Assembly (NCBI GenBank): GCA_964016885.1
Contig: OZ024745.1
Location: forward strand, 134,354,001-134,418,000
Source of the DNA: Eledone cirrhosa
Taxonomy: Eukaryota
DNA length: 64,000 nt
Direction of reading: 5' to 3'
Part shown: positions 27,543 to 38,860 of the stretch, in pieces
How positions within the stretch are numbered: position 1 is the first letter of the stretch
How the letters are laid out: each line of letters begins with the position of its first letter
Notes under the pieces: generated by a model
What the model saw: the letters and a program-made list of their open reading frames with translations, nothing else
The model's database searches: none
Told to the model about the DNA's origin: nothing
Position numbers and translations under genes: made by a program

Positions 27543-28331
27543 CTGAAATAATAATTTATAATTTAAGACATAAAACCAACAATTTGTGGGGAGGGGAAAT
27601 TGATTATATTGACACTAGGAGGATGAAAGACAAAATTGACTTTGGTGGGATTTGAACTCTGAAAATCAAGAACGGGAAGAAATATTGCTATGCATTTGTA
27701 AGATTCTAGAGTGATTGCCAATACACCAGCCTCTATACATGAAATAATGATTTCTACTTTAGGCCAGTAATTTTTGGGGGGATGAGTCGATTATATCAAC
27801 CGCAGTACATGACTGGTAATTTATTTTATTGACAATGAGGTAGCTATACCAGTCATTGGGTATGATACTTTCCTGCACTACCTGGTTTACTATATAATGA
27901 TTTATTTAAATAAAATCTAACTGAAAAATAAGTACCAACATAATTATATAATGCTGTGAATGATATTACCAAAGCAGCTGACTTATACAACACTATATTT
28001 TGGGAACTCAATCAAATGTCTAAATCAATAAATTTAACAAAAGCACCCTTTTTTTTCTAGTAACATAGTAGCTTCCTATGGAAGTGAAAATATGGACATG
28101 TGATCGCTGGGTGACAAAGTGCCAGTGGAAAGAACTCGCAGTACGGGTAGGCCAAGAAAGGTTGTGACAGCAGACCCCAAAAATCATTGAGACTCATAGA
28201 GGAGATGATGAAGGATCGTGACAAGTGGAGAGATGCTGAGGACCCGTCCAACCCATGCAATCCTTGAAAAACAGACGTAAAAACGATGATGATGATGATG
28301 GAAAAAAAGATACATTTAAAAAAATAAATAC

Positions 28332-29834
28332 CTTGTATTTTCTTGTAGAAAGGGCAATTCATAAAATAAAACTTTCTTTCCTTATAGTTTTCACTGATTG
28401 TTGATAACGATGATGGAATTGAACTTTCTCTGGTAACAGTTTCCTGTTTTGTCGGTGCTTTGTGAAACAACTGCTTGAATTGGTGAACAGATAAAACGTT
28501 TTTTGCAGCTTTTGGAGAAGAACAAGTCAGGGACTTTTTATATGTTGTCTTATCAATTAAAAGAGATTCATTAAACAAAGAACTACTTACTGTACTTGGA
28601 CAAAATTTTTGGATTGGATTTGACACCGAGACGATTTTATTGGAAGGAATATCGGGTTTAGATTGAAAAAATGATGCGAGAGATGTTTGACCACGTGGAA
28701 TCATGTTCTTGGAACTATTCTTCAAATTAGTTAGTTTTAAAGCTAAAGATTTTGTTGGTGAACAGATATCTGCTTTTTGTAATTCACTTTTAAGTGTAAC
28801 TCTATTCTGAGATGGTAAAATCTTTCTTTTTATAGGTGTTCCTTTACAAAGAGGAACTTTCTGGAATACTGTTTTACAACTATCTTTTAAAAGAGATTCA
28901 TGTATGTTTAGTGATTTGGTTGGAGTTTCAAATTTGATTCCAGAATCAGAAAGTGGCAAATTTTTGTTAACATCTTTAGCAGGAGATAGATATGAAGAAA
29001 AGGGGAGGTTTTGAAAGTCATCTGTCACAACTTCAAATGATACAGTAGATTGACTGGAAGATGGAGGTTCGGGGACTGACATGACACTAGAATCAGAATC
29101 TTCATAAGATTCAGTAGCAGATGAGAGTTGTGTAGAAGTTTCAGATTTTAAAGGTGTGTTATTTGGTGGTGAAAATAATTCCTGAGATATTGCAAAATTT
29201 AAAGTGGCTGATGAAGAAAATTTTAAACTAGTTTCTTTATTTTCATCATCAGAGTCACTCAAAGAAAATAATTGTCTTTTGCTAGGTTCTTCCAGCTCTT
29301 TCCTTTTTAAAGAGTTAGACACTTTTCCTAATGAAAGACTGGGGTTAATCACTTGGGTAGAACAGACACTATCTTTTTCACCTTCATAAGTCAAATGTTC
29401 ATCAATGTTTAATGCATTTAATAACCTTGATGGTGTGTTAACAGACTTCTGAACTATAGGAGCTGATAAGCTTTCCCAGTGAAGTTTAGGTAGGGTTTTA
29501 GTCATAGAACTACACATAGGGAATTTTTGTGAAGATTTTGTTGGTGTAATCAGTTTAGAAGTGTAACAACCAGTTGATTTTGGGGGTGTAATAATCAATT
29601 TTTTATTTTCAAATGATAATGTTGCTTGTGAAGACCAAGATTGTGGTGTTAATCCTTTGGATGAATTTTTCTTTATTTTAGATGTAGATTTGTGTTTACC
29701 AGATGGTTTCTTAACAGACTTTAAATTCTTTTGATTTTGACTAAAGTTAAATGCAACTGTAGGTTTGGTGTTATTTTTAACTGGTGTAGCATAACTACTT
29801 GATTCTTTGTACTGGGCAGAGATAGATTCAGCAG
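28332..29834 (-). CDS. DCLRE1A: DCLRE1A exon 2, 1503 nt, Ser/Lys-rich region with PIP box, ending CPFYKKIQG
   Basis: Lies in the 600-aa ORF. Acceptor ttcttttcatag, donor G|GTATTT, phase 1-1. CPFYKKI is the conserved entry into the SNM1A MBL domain. Confidence 0.9.
28666..28689 (-). other. DCLRE1A: PCNA-interacting (PIP) box QTSLASFF in SNM1A
   Basis: Matches Qxx[LIM]xx[FY][FY]. Human SNM1A has a PIP box N-terminal to the nuclease domain. Confidence 0.75.
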
Positions 29835-30336
29835 CTATGAAAAGAAAGATAGGATACATTTACAAAAAATAAATAACTCAATTCGATTCTTTTTTACTAT
29901 AAAATATTAATTTCTTCAGGGCAAATTTTTACAAGAGAAGGAAAGAGCCAATTTGATAAAATAAATACCAGCTCTTATAGACTGGTGACCTAGTTCTCAT
30001 AGCTGAGTTAGAGACAAAATTTCAAGCATGGAAGAAGAATTTAGAGCTGAAAGCAAACTTAGCAAAGATGAAAGTACTAATAAGTAGTAAAGAGGATAGG
30101 AAAGTGATACCATTAGAGAAGTGGCCTTGTTCAATATCAGAAACGGGTGGACAACTCGGTTGTTACCCGCTGCAAATAAAACACACATACAAACCCCCCA
30201 AAAATAATTATTTCTACATTTGGCACAAAACCACCAATTACCCAGTGCATTACTGGTACTTTATTTTATCGACTCCCGTAAGGGTGAAAGGCAAAGTTAA
30301 CCTCGGTGGTATTTGAACTCGGACTGTAAAGGGCCG

Positions 30337-31004
30337 GGCGATATCCAATTTTAGCTGTCTAAATGCCGCTTACTTCAATGTATGAGGCTATTCCAACAAA
30401 TTTACATTCCCCCCTTTTTTTTAGCCGTTAAAAGAAATATAGATTTTTTTTTTTTTTTTTTGCGATTTATTAGAGGGGGGTGCTCCCTTCTCTTACCTGT
30501 ACAAGCTGATATAGAGAGATGGCCCACGTACACGGGCCATTATTGCTAAGGATTGGCAGTACCAGTAGAGGGTCGGACGCCATGCTTTGACGCATAGAGT
30601 TACGGTCCTTGCCATTCTGAGTTCAAATCCCGCCGAGGTTAACTTTGCCTTTCATCCTTTCGGGGTCGATAAAATAAAGTACCAGTAATACACTGGGTTA
30701 ATTGCTGGCCTTGTGCCAAAAGTAGAAACAATTATTGCTACTTTCACTCATCTTTCATGGAATTGGCTGTGACTGAGTGCCTTTTCCTCCAAGAGGACCA
30801 TTTGTTGGCCGGCGACATATCCCCAGTTTCCTCGTTGCAAACGCATCTGGGACATTTCTTTTCCAAGGGGTTTCCGTCCCGGAATCCGTGTCTGTAGAGC
30901 CTTTCCCGAACGGGCAGGGCCCCTCGGTATAATAGTAAGTATTAGTGGTTGTAATAAAAATGCAGTAAGAGAAGAAGGGAGCACCCCCCCCTCTCTAATA
31001 AATC

Positions 31005-31040
<36 letters not shown>

Positions 31041-31155
31041 TTAACGGCTAAAAAAAAAGGGGGAATGTAAATTTGTTGGAATAGCCTCATACATTGAAGT
31101 AAGCAGCAACTGCAGCAAGTAAGCGGCATTTAGACAGCTAAAATTGGATATCGCC
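30337..31155. mobile_element. Long-TIR MITE (Merlin/MULE-like) in DCLRE1A intron 1
   Basis: TIRs of about 160-190 bp, GGCGATATCCAA...TTGGATATCGCC, with an 8-bp TSD AAGGGCCG (30329-30336 and 31156-31163). Confidence 0.88.
30548..30735 (+). mobile_element. tRNA-derived SINE nested in the MITE
   Basis: Box A-like TGGCAGTACCAG and box B GAGTTCAAATCC, with TSD ATTATTGCTA. Confidence 0.85.
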
Positions 31156-31761
31156 AAGGGCCGTAACTCTATACTGCAAAGCATCGCGTCCGACCTTCTA
31201 CCGATACTGCCCCAAAAAATAATAACTTATAAGTGTGATGGTCTTTTTTGGAAATCTGTTGCCTGTATGTTGAAGGAGAGAATCGTCTCTTTTCAGTTGA
31301 AAATGAAATCCATGTGTGTTTATCTAAAGTTCGATCTCAAATTACATATTTGTATAGCAAAAGACAGACACGCCTCTCACATTAGACGAGCAAATTTCAC
31401 AATCTAAATCGGCTTCGAAAATAACATTTGAATGGTAGGGTAAAGGCTTCCCGATGGACAGGGGTCTGTCCGAGTAAGCTTTCATTCAACAACTTGCTGT
31501 AGGTACAAGATTAGAACAGCAAATGTAATTCTCCGCAAAATGGATTGACGGAGGTCACGACATACAATCGAACTGTGAAACCAACCAGCTAGTATTAACT
31601 AAATACTCGCATTACATTCTACCATTAAAAACAAACGTCCCTAAAATAAGAGCAATAAATTGTACAATGTAGTCAGAGACATAAAAAAGAAGCATTTATA
31701 TGTGTTCAGTGACAGGTGACAATGTTTAATAATTGTTAACCAGATACATGGCAAAACTTAC

Positions 31762-32005
31762 TCTCCATAGTCGCTATTCTCTCTGTTTTAATTTTTATCA
31801 TCTCCTTTTCATTTTTCATTCCAGTGCTTGTTGTTTTGGGTTTGAAGCCTTTGCAAACTGCAGCTCCTATAGTTTTTTTAGTCTTGCCTTTATTCTGAGA
31901 CGGAGGGCATGCTTCGCTGTTGGTATTTGAATGCGATGATTTTGTTTTCCACCGTCGAAGAGGTGAAAAGTCCCAAATGTCGTCTTCATCGCGAGACATT
32001 GACAT
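31762..32005 (-). CDS. DCLRE1A: DCLRE1A/SNM1A exon 1 (MSMSRDEDDIWDFSPLRRWK...)
   Basis: EDDIWDF resembles the N-terminal EEDIWEY motif of vertebrate SNM1A. ATG at 32005 (alternative 31999). Strong donor A|GTAAGT, phase 1, matching exon 2. Confidence 0.8.
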
Positions 32006-32158
32006 TACATCTGTCACGTCACAGCTTCACAAGGAATAACAGTTACTGTTATTAATACAAGCATTACAAAAAGGGCGGTTAATTTTCATACTGAAATGAA
32101 AGATGCGCCAAAATGAGGTAAAGCTAGTTAACACAATGTCCGTTACTTTCGTAAGAAT

Positions 32159-32211
32159 ATATATATGTGTGTGTGTGTGTGTATATATATATATGCATGT
32201 GTGTATATATA

Positions 32212-32282
<71 letters not shown>

Positions 32283-32317
32283 CCATATCCACTCACACGT
32301 CCAAGAAAAGAATACAC

Positions 32318-32361
<44 letters not shown>

Positions 32362-32393
32362 ATATCCACTCACACGTCCAAGAAAAGAATACA

Positions 32394-32432
<39 letters not shown>

Positions 32433-32465
32433 ATATCCACTCACACGTCCAAGAAAAGAATACAC

Positions 32466-32505
<40 letters not shown>
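32159..32505. repeat. Composite promoter-proximal repeat: three ~36-bp units separated by (TG)n(TA)n
   Basis: Unit CCATATCCACTCACACGTCCAAGAAAAGAATACACG near 32283, 32359 and 32431. Confidence 0.9.
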
Positions 32506-32508
<3 letters not shown>

Positions 32509-32646
32509 AAAGTTCTATTTAAAGTTGTTGGGATACAACAAGTAAATATTTTTATAACTGATATAAAGCACTCGACAAATTTTTGGAGTAGATATACGAT
32601 ATTAATAAATGGAAACTATATTTATAAAACCATATTTATTTCATTA

Positions 32647-32693
32647 TACATATTTCAGGGATACCACATTAAATTATGGTATGCCTTCATCAG
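32647..32693 (-). ncRNA. Degenerate hammerhead-like motif in a Penelope pLTR-like remnant
   Basis: Minus strand reads CUGAUGA-AGGCAUACCAUA(auuuaa)UGUGGUAUCCCU-GAAAUAUGUA followed by AAUAAA. Stem I pairs poorly. Confidence 0.45.
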
Positions 32694-32859
32694 ACAAAAT
32701 ACAATATATAACAGTTTTACAAATAGGTTTGACGTACCCTTTAAAATACAACCATTACTTTTGGAGACAGCCTCCTTTATATCAGTTATAAAAATATTTA
32801 CTTGTTGTATCCCAAGTTGGGAGACATTCAAGTCCGTGGAACGAGTTTGGATATAATCA

Positions 32860-33148
32860 TTAAGGCCAGTTAATACAACGGCATCATACCAGGAACGTAT
32901 GTTAAGCCAGTTAATACAACGGCATCATACCAAGTACGTATGTTAAGCCAGTTAATACAACAACGTCATACCAGGTATGTACGTTAAGCCAGTTAATACA
33001 ACGGCGTCATACCAGGTACGTACGATAAGCCAGTTAATACAACGGCGTCATACCAAGTATGTATGTTAAGCCAATTAATACAACAGCGTCTTACCAGGTA
33101 CATATGTTAATCCAGTTAATACAATGGCGTCATACCAGGTACGTACGT
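32860..33148. repeat. 41-bp minisatellite, 7 copies
   Basis: Head-to-tail unit gttaagccagttaatacaacggcgtcataccaggtacgtac with no spacers. Confidence 0.92.
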
Positions 33149-33149
33149 T

Positions 33150-33695
33150 TCGTTAACCCTGAGGAACAACTTGTTCAACCTCTCAGGGAAGCCTGTGTAG
33201 TACACTCTACACATGAATGGAGTTCAACTGAAGTAGATAGAGAAGTTCAAGTATCTCGGAACCGTGTTCACAAGTGATGGAAGACAGGAGGCTGAATTAA
33301 GTGCAAGAACTGCAGGAGCTGGTGCAGTAATATGCCAGCTTCAGCATTCACTAATCAGAAGAAGTGAGGTAGGGGTTAAAGCCAAAATCGCTGTCTTTAA
33401 TTTGGTTTTCTTGCCAACCCTTACCTATGGTTATGTATCTTGGATAATGACTGAAAGAATATGATCGTGAATGCACATGGATGAAATGGGGGTTCCTCCA
33501 AAGGGTTTTGGAATAACGTTACACGATAAAGTGCATAGCTCGAAGATCAGAGAATCACTCCAGGTAGAGCTGCTACTTTTCCGAATTAAGAGATCACAAC
33601 TCCGATAATATGGACATGTGGTTATAATGTCTCAGGAAAGAATCGCTGGACAGATTTTATGGGCAAAACCAACTGGCAGGAGACCCAGGGGTAGG
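33150..33695 (+). mobile_element. RTE LINE 3' fragment (second family)
   Basis: KFKYLGTVFTSDG...LTYG...YGHV motifs. A near-identical copy lies at 53845-54434. Shorter 3' ends lie near 8020-8340, 15280-15470, 16845-17180, 17770-17990, 21200-21510 and 47965-48100. Confidence 0.9.
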
Positions 33696-34882
33696 TAGGC
33701 TTTGTGATTTGTTGATGGTCATGGCAAAGCTAAGACTCACTGGAAATTAAAGTTGTTTGAATTGAAATGGGACATCAGAGGGGATAAGAGGAATTCTTGG
33801 AAAGAATGCATCCTCTCCCCTACCACATCCTGTTGAAATGGTGGCTTGAATCACGTGTGGATGCGTATTTTTCACAACCAATCGAGTACCATTGCATAGC
33901 ACTGATGGGTCCAAATTCCTCAATAACATGATGGGTGCTTCTTCTTTAAGGTGAAGGACATGTGAGGCATTCCTGATGGTTTTAAAGAGTTAAGGAACTC
34001 TGTCAGGTAATTGACAGCTTCCAACTATTCCACTACAGTGTCGACAGATCAATAAAGCTTGATTTACCAGTTTGAAAGTCACATTTTTGGGGGTCAATAT
34101 AACCCTTTCACTGAGCCCTTTGTGATTTGCGAACTGATATTCAAGATTAGGGAACACTTTTTCTATGAGATGGAATTATGATTCCATCATCGTGCCTATG
34201 GGACTTATATCAATAGCTCCCTTACTATCTACAGGAGTCTTCCATCCCCAAGCATTACTAGATTCAGGGTGAACTGCTCTGATTGTTCAACTCTACCAAG
34301 AAATGCCCTCATATTTGTAGCGAACTTCAAAACTTTGATAGAAGTCCAAAGTGTTGATTTTTTTCAAACGGATTTGATTTGATCAATCCTATTGACTTTT
34401 GGAATGACTGGGAGAGTTTGTCTAAAATGTGCTCCTACAACTACCACCACCATTACTACTACCACCACTACTACCACCACTACCACTACCGTCACCACTA
34501 CTACTACTACCACCACTACCGTCACTACTACTACTACTACTACTACTAGCACCACCACCACCACCACCATTACTACTACCATCACTACCACCACCAAAAC
34601 TACCACCACTACTACCACCACCACCACCACCACCACCACCACAACCACCACCACCACCACCACCACTACCACTACTACTACTACCATAGAAGATATAGAA
34701 AGAAAGTGAGAGTGTGTGGGAAAGATGTATACAGAGGGGAAAAGAATAAAATAGAGGGAGAGACAGATATATAGAGAGATGTTCTGAGAGCTGTGGATTC
34801 TGATGATATCTGTTTTTATCTCTAGGATGCACCATTTCGGAGCCTTTCAGAGAAATACACAGATACATTCGCATTTATAGTG

Positions 34883-34885
<3 letters not shown>
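33696..34885 (-). mobile_element. Helitron remnant with PIF1-like helicase fragments
   Basis: HFRQTLPVIP, TNMRA, MLLRNLD..LCNGTRL, PRIPLIP and FAMTINKSQ motifs. Helitron-like 5' end near 34885. Confidence 0.9.
34435..34687. repeat. (ACC/ACT)n trinucleotide microsatellite
   Basis: Seen directly. It produces the poly-V/T/G/P artefact ORFs. Confidence 0.97.
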
Positions 34886-34909
<24 letters not shown>

Positions 34910-34913
<4 letters not shown>

Positions 34914-36749
34914 CATCATCATTTAACGTCCATCTTCCACACCAGTATGTGTAGGACGGGCAGTCACTTTGTGAGAGATCAAGTTGGGGGACTGTGATTC
35001 ACTCACACAGAACTGATTTTGGCTTGGGTTTCTACGGCTGAATGCCCTTCCTAATGCCAACCACATTTACAGTGTGGACTGGGTGCTTTTTGCTGTGACC
35101 CTTATATGACCACTTTATAGTGTAGACTGGGCACTCACATTTGCTGTGACACCTACATGACCACTTTACAGTGTAGACTGGGCACTCACATTTGCCGTGA
35201 CACCTACATGACCACTACAGTGTGTGCTGGGCTCTTTTGTCATGGCTCCAGGGGAAATCACTTTATAGAGGAGGTTGGAAACATGGGAGAGCTGAGGAAG
35301 ATGCTTGGGGAAATTGGGGACGTAGGTATAAGGGAGGTTTATGGGAGGGGATATTGTAGGGAATGGTATTGCCTACTAGGTATATGCCTCAGCCCGAGAA
35401 AAATAGAGGGTGGGTCTTCTGTAATACTCCATAGCGCCACAGGTCACTATCCTGTCATTGCCTTAGTGAGGTGTAATTGAACAAAGTCAGCTCTTAATAC
35501 CTCATCCCAAGTCTTCCAAGGCCTACCTACTCCATGACTACCATCAACTTTGAATGTTCTGCACCTTTTTATACAGCTGTCATCCTTCATACACATCACA
35601 TGTCCATACCAATGTAATCTCCTCACCTACACACAACATCTGATCCCTCTTATGCCTAATTTCTTGCGCAGTTCGTTATTGTATATTGCTATTGCACATC
35701 CATCAAAGCATAGAGACTTCGTTTCTTTCTAATCTTCACAGATCCCCTGCACACAGTGCCAGGTTTTGCTGCTGTGCAACATTGTTGTTTGTATACATAC
35801 ATCATACAGTCTGCCTTTCATTTTGAGGGAAAAACCTTTTGTTGTTATCAATGGTAGTAGATCCCTGAACTTTCTCCAAACTGATCTCACTCTGGCTACT
35901 GTACTTTCAGATCCCCCCCCCCCCCCCGCCCCACTGCTGATTTGGTCACCCAGGTAACAGAAGCTATCTACCACTTATATAGAGCCCTCTAGGCATTTGA
36001 AGGTGATTGTGTCTTGAGAGCTCTTGCTACTTATTGCTACTGTGCACTGATCGCATGTAAAAATATGTTCTGTGTTAGCCTGCCTGAGATCCCACTACAT
36101 CTATTGTGAACCGATAGCTTGCACTTGGGACATAGTATGGAATTCCTACCCACTCCTTTTCTGCACACTGAGCAAGGCCATTTCCCTGCAGAGATCTGGG
36201 CTTTGTTAACCTTTCTACTTACTTGCTAAGTTGACTTTAAGACCTTTAGATTCCAAGCCGTGCTTCCAGGTTTGGAATTTCAGCTATAGATTCGGCTACA
36301 TGGGTTAGGTCATCTGCATACAAGAGTTCCCATGGGCAGCCAATCTTAAACTCCTCTGTTATTGCCTGTAGGACGATGGTAAACAGGAGGGGGTTAAGAA
36401 CTGAGCCTTGGTGGACACCAATCAGCACACTAAATTCTTCGCTATAGTCATAGTTAATTCTGACCTTGCTGACTGTTCTTCTGTACATGGCTTGCTCTGC
36501 CCTCACAAGCCACTTGTCTACACCTAGTTTTCTAAGAGCCCACCAGATAATGGAATGGGGACTCTGTCAAAAGCTTTCTCCAGGTCTACAAAAGTCAAGT
36601 ATAGGGGTTTACTCTTAGCTAGGTTCTTCTCCTGCTGTTGTCTTACAAGGAAGAGGACATCTGTGGTACTTTTACCTGGAACAAATCCAAACTGCATCTC
36701 ATCTAGTTTAACACATTCCCTAATCAGCTGAGCTTTCGGTGACCTTCAT

Positions 36750-36752
<3 letters not shown>
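34910..36752 (-). mobile_element. 5'-truncated RTE LINE, degraded
   Basis: GVHQGSVLNP, LLYADDL and FCYLGD motifs, with 3'UTR and (GAT)n tail. Confidence 0.92.
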
Positions 36753-36789
<37 letters not shown>

Positions 36790-36790
<1 letters not shown>

Positions 36791-38860
36791 TCTTCTTCTT
36801 GCTCTTGCTTGACGAGGCTGTGGTCATCCTAAGCCAGCGATCCTAGAAGCATCATCGTATGTAGAGCTGACCAGGTCCACCAGCGCTGCTGGTCCCGAGT
36901 CAGCTCCTCTGCATCCTCCAAGGTGATGTTGAGCCTCCAGAGATCTTCCTTGATGACATCTGGTGCAGAGCTTGCCACAGGATCTCTTCTGGTCTACTGC
37001 TGCTGCATTAAACAAGAGTAATGCTCTGGTGGAAAGTGGAGGATATGTCCATACCAGTGCAAGTGATAGACAGCTGTGAGGCAGGAAGTTGTGGGATGAT
37101 GCACGTGTGCATGGTGTTGTCATCTGATGTTTTTAATGGTCCTCAGGGCTCTGCTATCGAAGCTGTCAATCCTCTTTGACAGGGTCTCAGTGAGGGGGCA
37201 CCTTTCTGCTCAATAGAGGAGTATAGGGAGGACTGATGCATTGTAAATACGGAATTTCGTCTTCTTGGAAATTGAGCAGTGGCACCAATGCAGTTGATCT
37301 CTGGGGTCAAGTCTCTATTGCTGGTGATAGTCGAGTTCAGGTAAATGAAGGAGCTGACAAACTCCACAGCATCGGGGCTAATATGAAGCATGGGGGAATC
37401 TGGACCATTGTCAACACCTGTTTTGTCTTCCCCCAGCTTACCTGAAGGCCAAACTTTGCTGATTCCTCCCGGTATATGGTCTGTGCGTCTCTGAGCTGAT
37501 TGATTGAGTTGCTGTATAAGGTGGTTTCATCCACGTATTTGAGGTCGGTTAGGTGGTAGTTCCCAAAGGAAATGCCAGAAACTCACTAAAAGACCTTGGT
37601 TATCAGATAGTCAATAACACAGTTGAAGAGGTCAGGGGAAGCCACACAGCCCTGTCTGACCATGATGGCCTTGTGTATCTGGTTGAGTCAGTCATTTATG
37701 TCACTGCGCAGGTGAGCCTTGTGACGACAGTTAGTTATCTCCAGCGTCTGTGGTGAAATCCTTGGCTGTTTGGGAAGAGGTCTTGAGTTTATCAGGATGT
37801 CACATACATACTGGTTAATGCTTGATTTAAAGATCTCCCAGTTGTCCGTGTTGTCCTTGGCCAGGATGCTGCAGTGATTGGCAATGGAGCACGCAAATGT
37901 AGAGGCGATGCTGGGATCGCGGAGACAAGATGAGTTAGAGTAAGGCTGGTACTTGGTGTCAGGGTTCACTTGCAAGCTCATTGTTGCAACCAGCAATCAA
38001 TGATCAGTATTGCCGAGTGGAGCACCTCTGTAGACCCGGCAGATGGTGGTGAAGGACCTGCAGTTGATGTGATCGATTGCCTTCCAGATGTAACCATTCG
38101 GACTGTACCAGGTCCAGTGATGGATGGGTTCAAAGGGAAACCAGGTGTCGGCGATACACAGATTGTTATAATAGCAGACGAGCAGCAGGTGATCACCGTT
38201 GTCATTGGTGTAAGGGTTGGTGAAGGTTGTGCCAATGGGCTGAGTCTGCAATGGGTCGGTTGGGGTGAGCCTGGCGGAAGAAGAGATGGTAGCGTTGGCA
38301 TCCATCAGGATGATTGTAATGTAATCGGGTGGGATTTGTCCCAAGACTTGTTGAAACTGGTTGTAGAAGTCATCCTTGACAGTGTCCTCTGTGACATGGC
38401 AACGTTGATAGACATGTTCCCGCAATGAATTCCCCACGGCTAGGCGAGTATCACACCGCAGAGTCCCGCCAATGTGATGTTGTAGTGTGATATCTCTCGG
38501 AACAGTAGGGTGGCTGCTCTAAGGTGAAGGAACGACAGAACAATCCATGTAGCAACACAAATCTTATGGTACAAATAAATTTCTCATTGGTGGGGTGGAG
38601 TGGGGGCATGCAGGAGCCCGTTCTGATGTTAGGCAGTCTGGTTTCTTCTGGTGAGTTTTGTAACATATTGGTGTTCTTCTGGGTGGGGTTGTTGGCCCTT
38701 CGCAGAATAGTCAGATGATGGGGCTGTATTCTTGGTGGCGAGCTGACATACCGTGGATCTCTGTAGGTCTGGAACCTTCTTGGGAGATCAGCTTGGCTAG
38801 GGTAGCCCTACCAGGAGTGATGAAAAGCAGGGAAAAGCAAACGCAAAATGATGATGATGA
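36790..38860 (-). mobile_element. Internally deleted RTE LINE (third family) with APE endonuclease remnants
   Basis: MDANA, NDNGDHLL, WTWYS, IDHI and TDH endonuclease motifs, with (AAG)n tail. A related 3' end lies near 60-240. Confidence 0.85.

Noticed and set aside
28057-28331. C-terminal hydrophobic tail of the 600-aa ORF
   Set aside because: Intronic read-through past the exon 2 donor into an RTE 3' fragment.
32283-32505. Repeat-spacer pattern resembling CRISPR
   Set aside because: The spacers are only (TG)n(TA)n microsatellite.
32860-33148. CRISPR-like array
   Set aside because: Head-to-tail units without unique spacers, no cas genes, eukaryotic context.
34364-34874. Poly-Val/Thr/Gly/Pro ORFs
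   Set aside because: Trinucleotide repeat artefacts.
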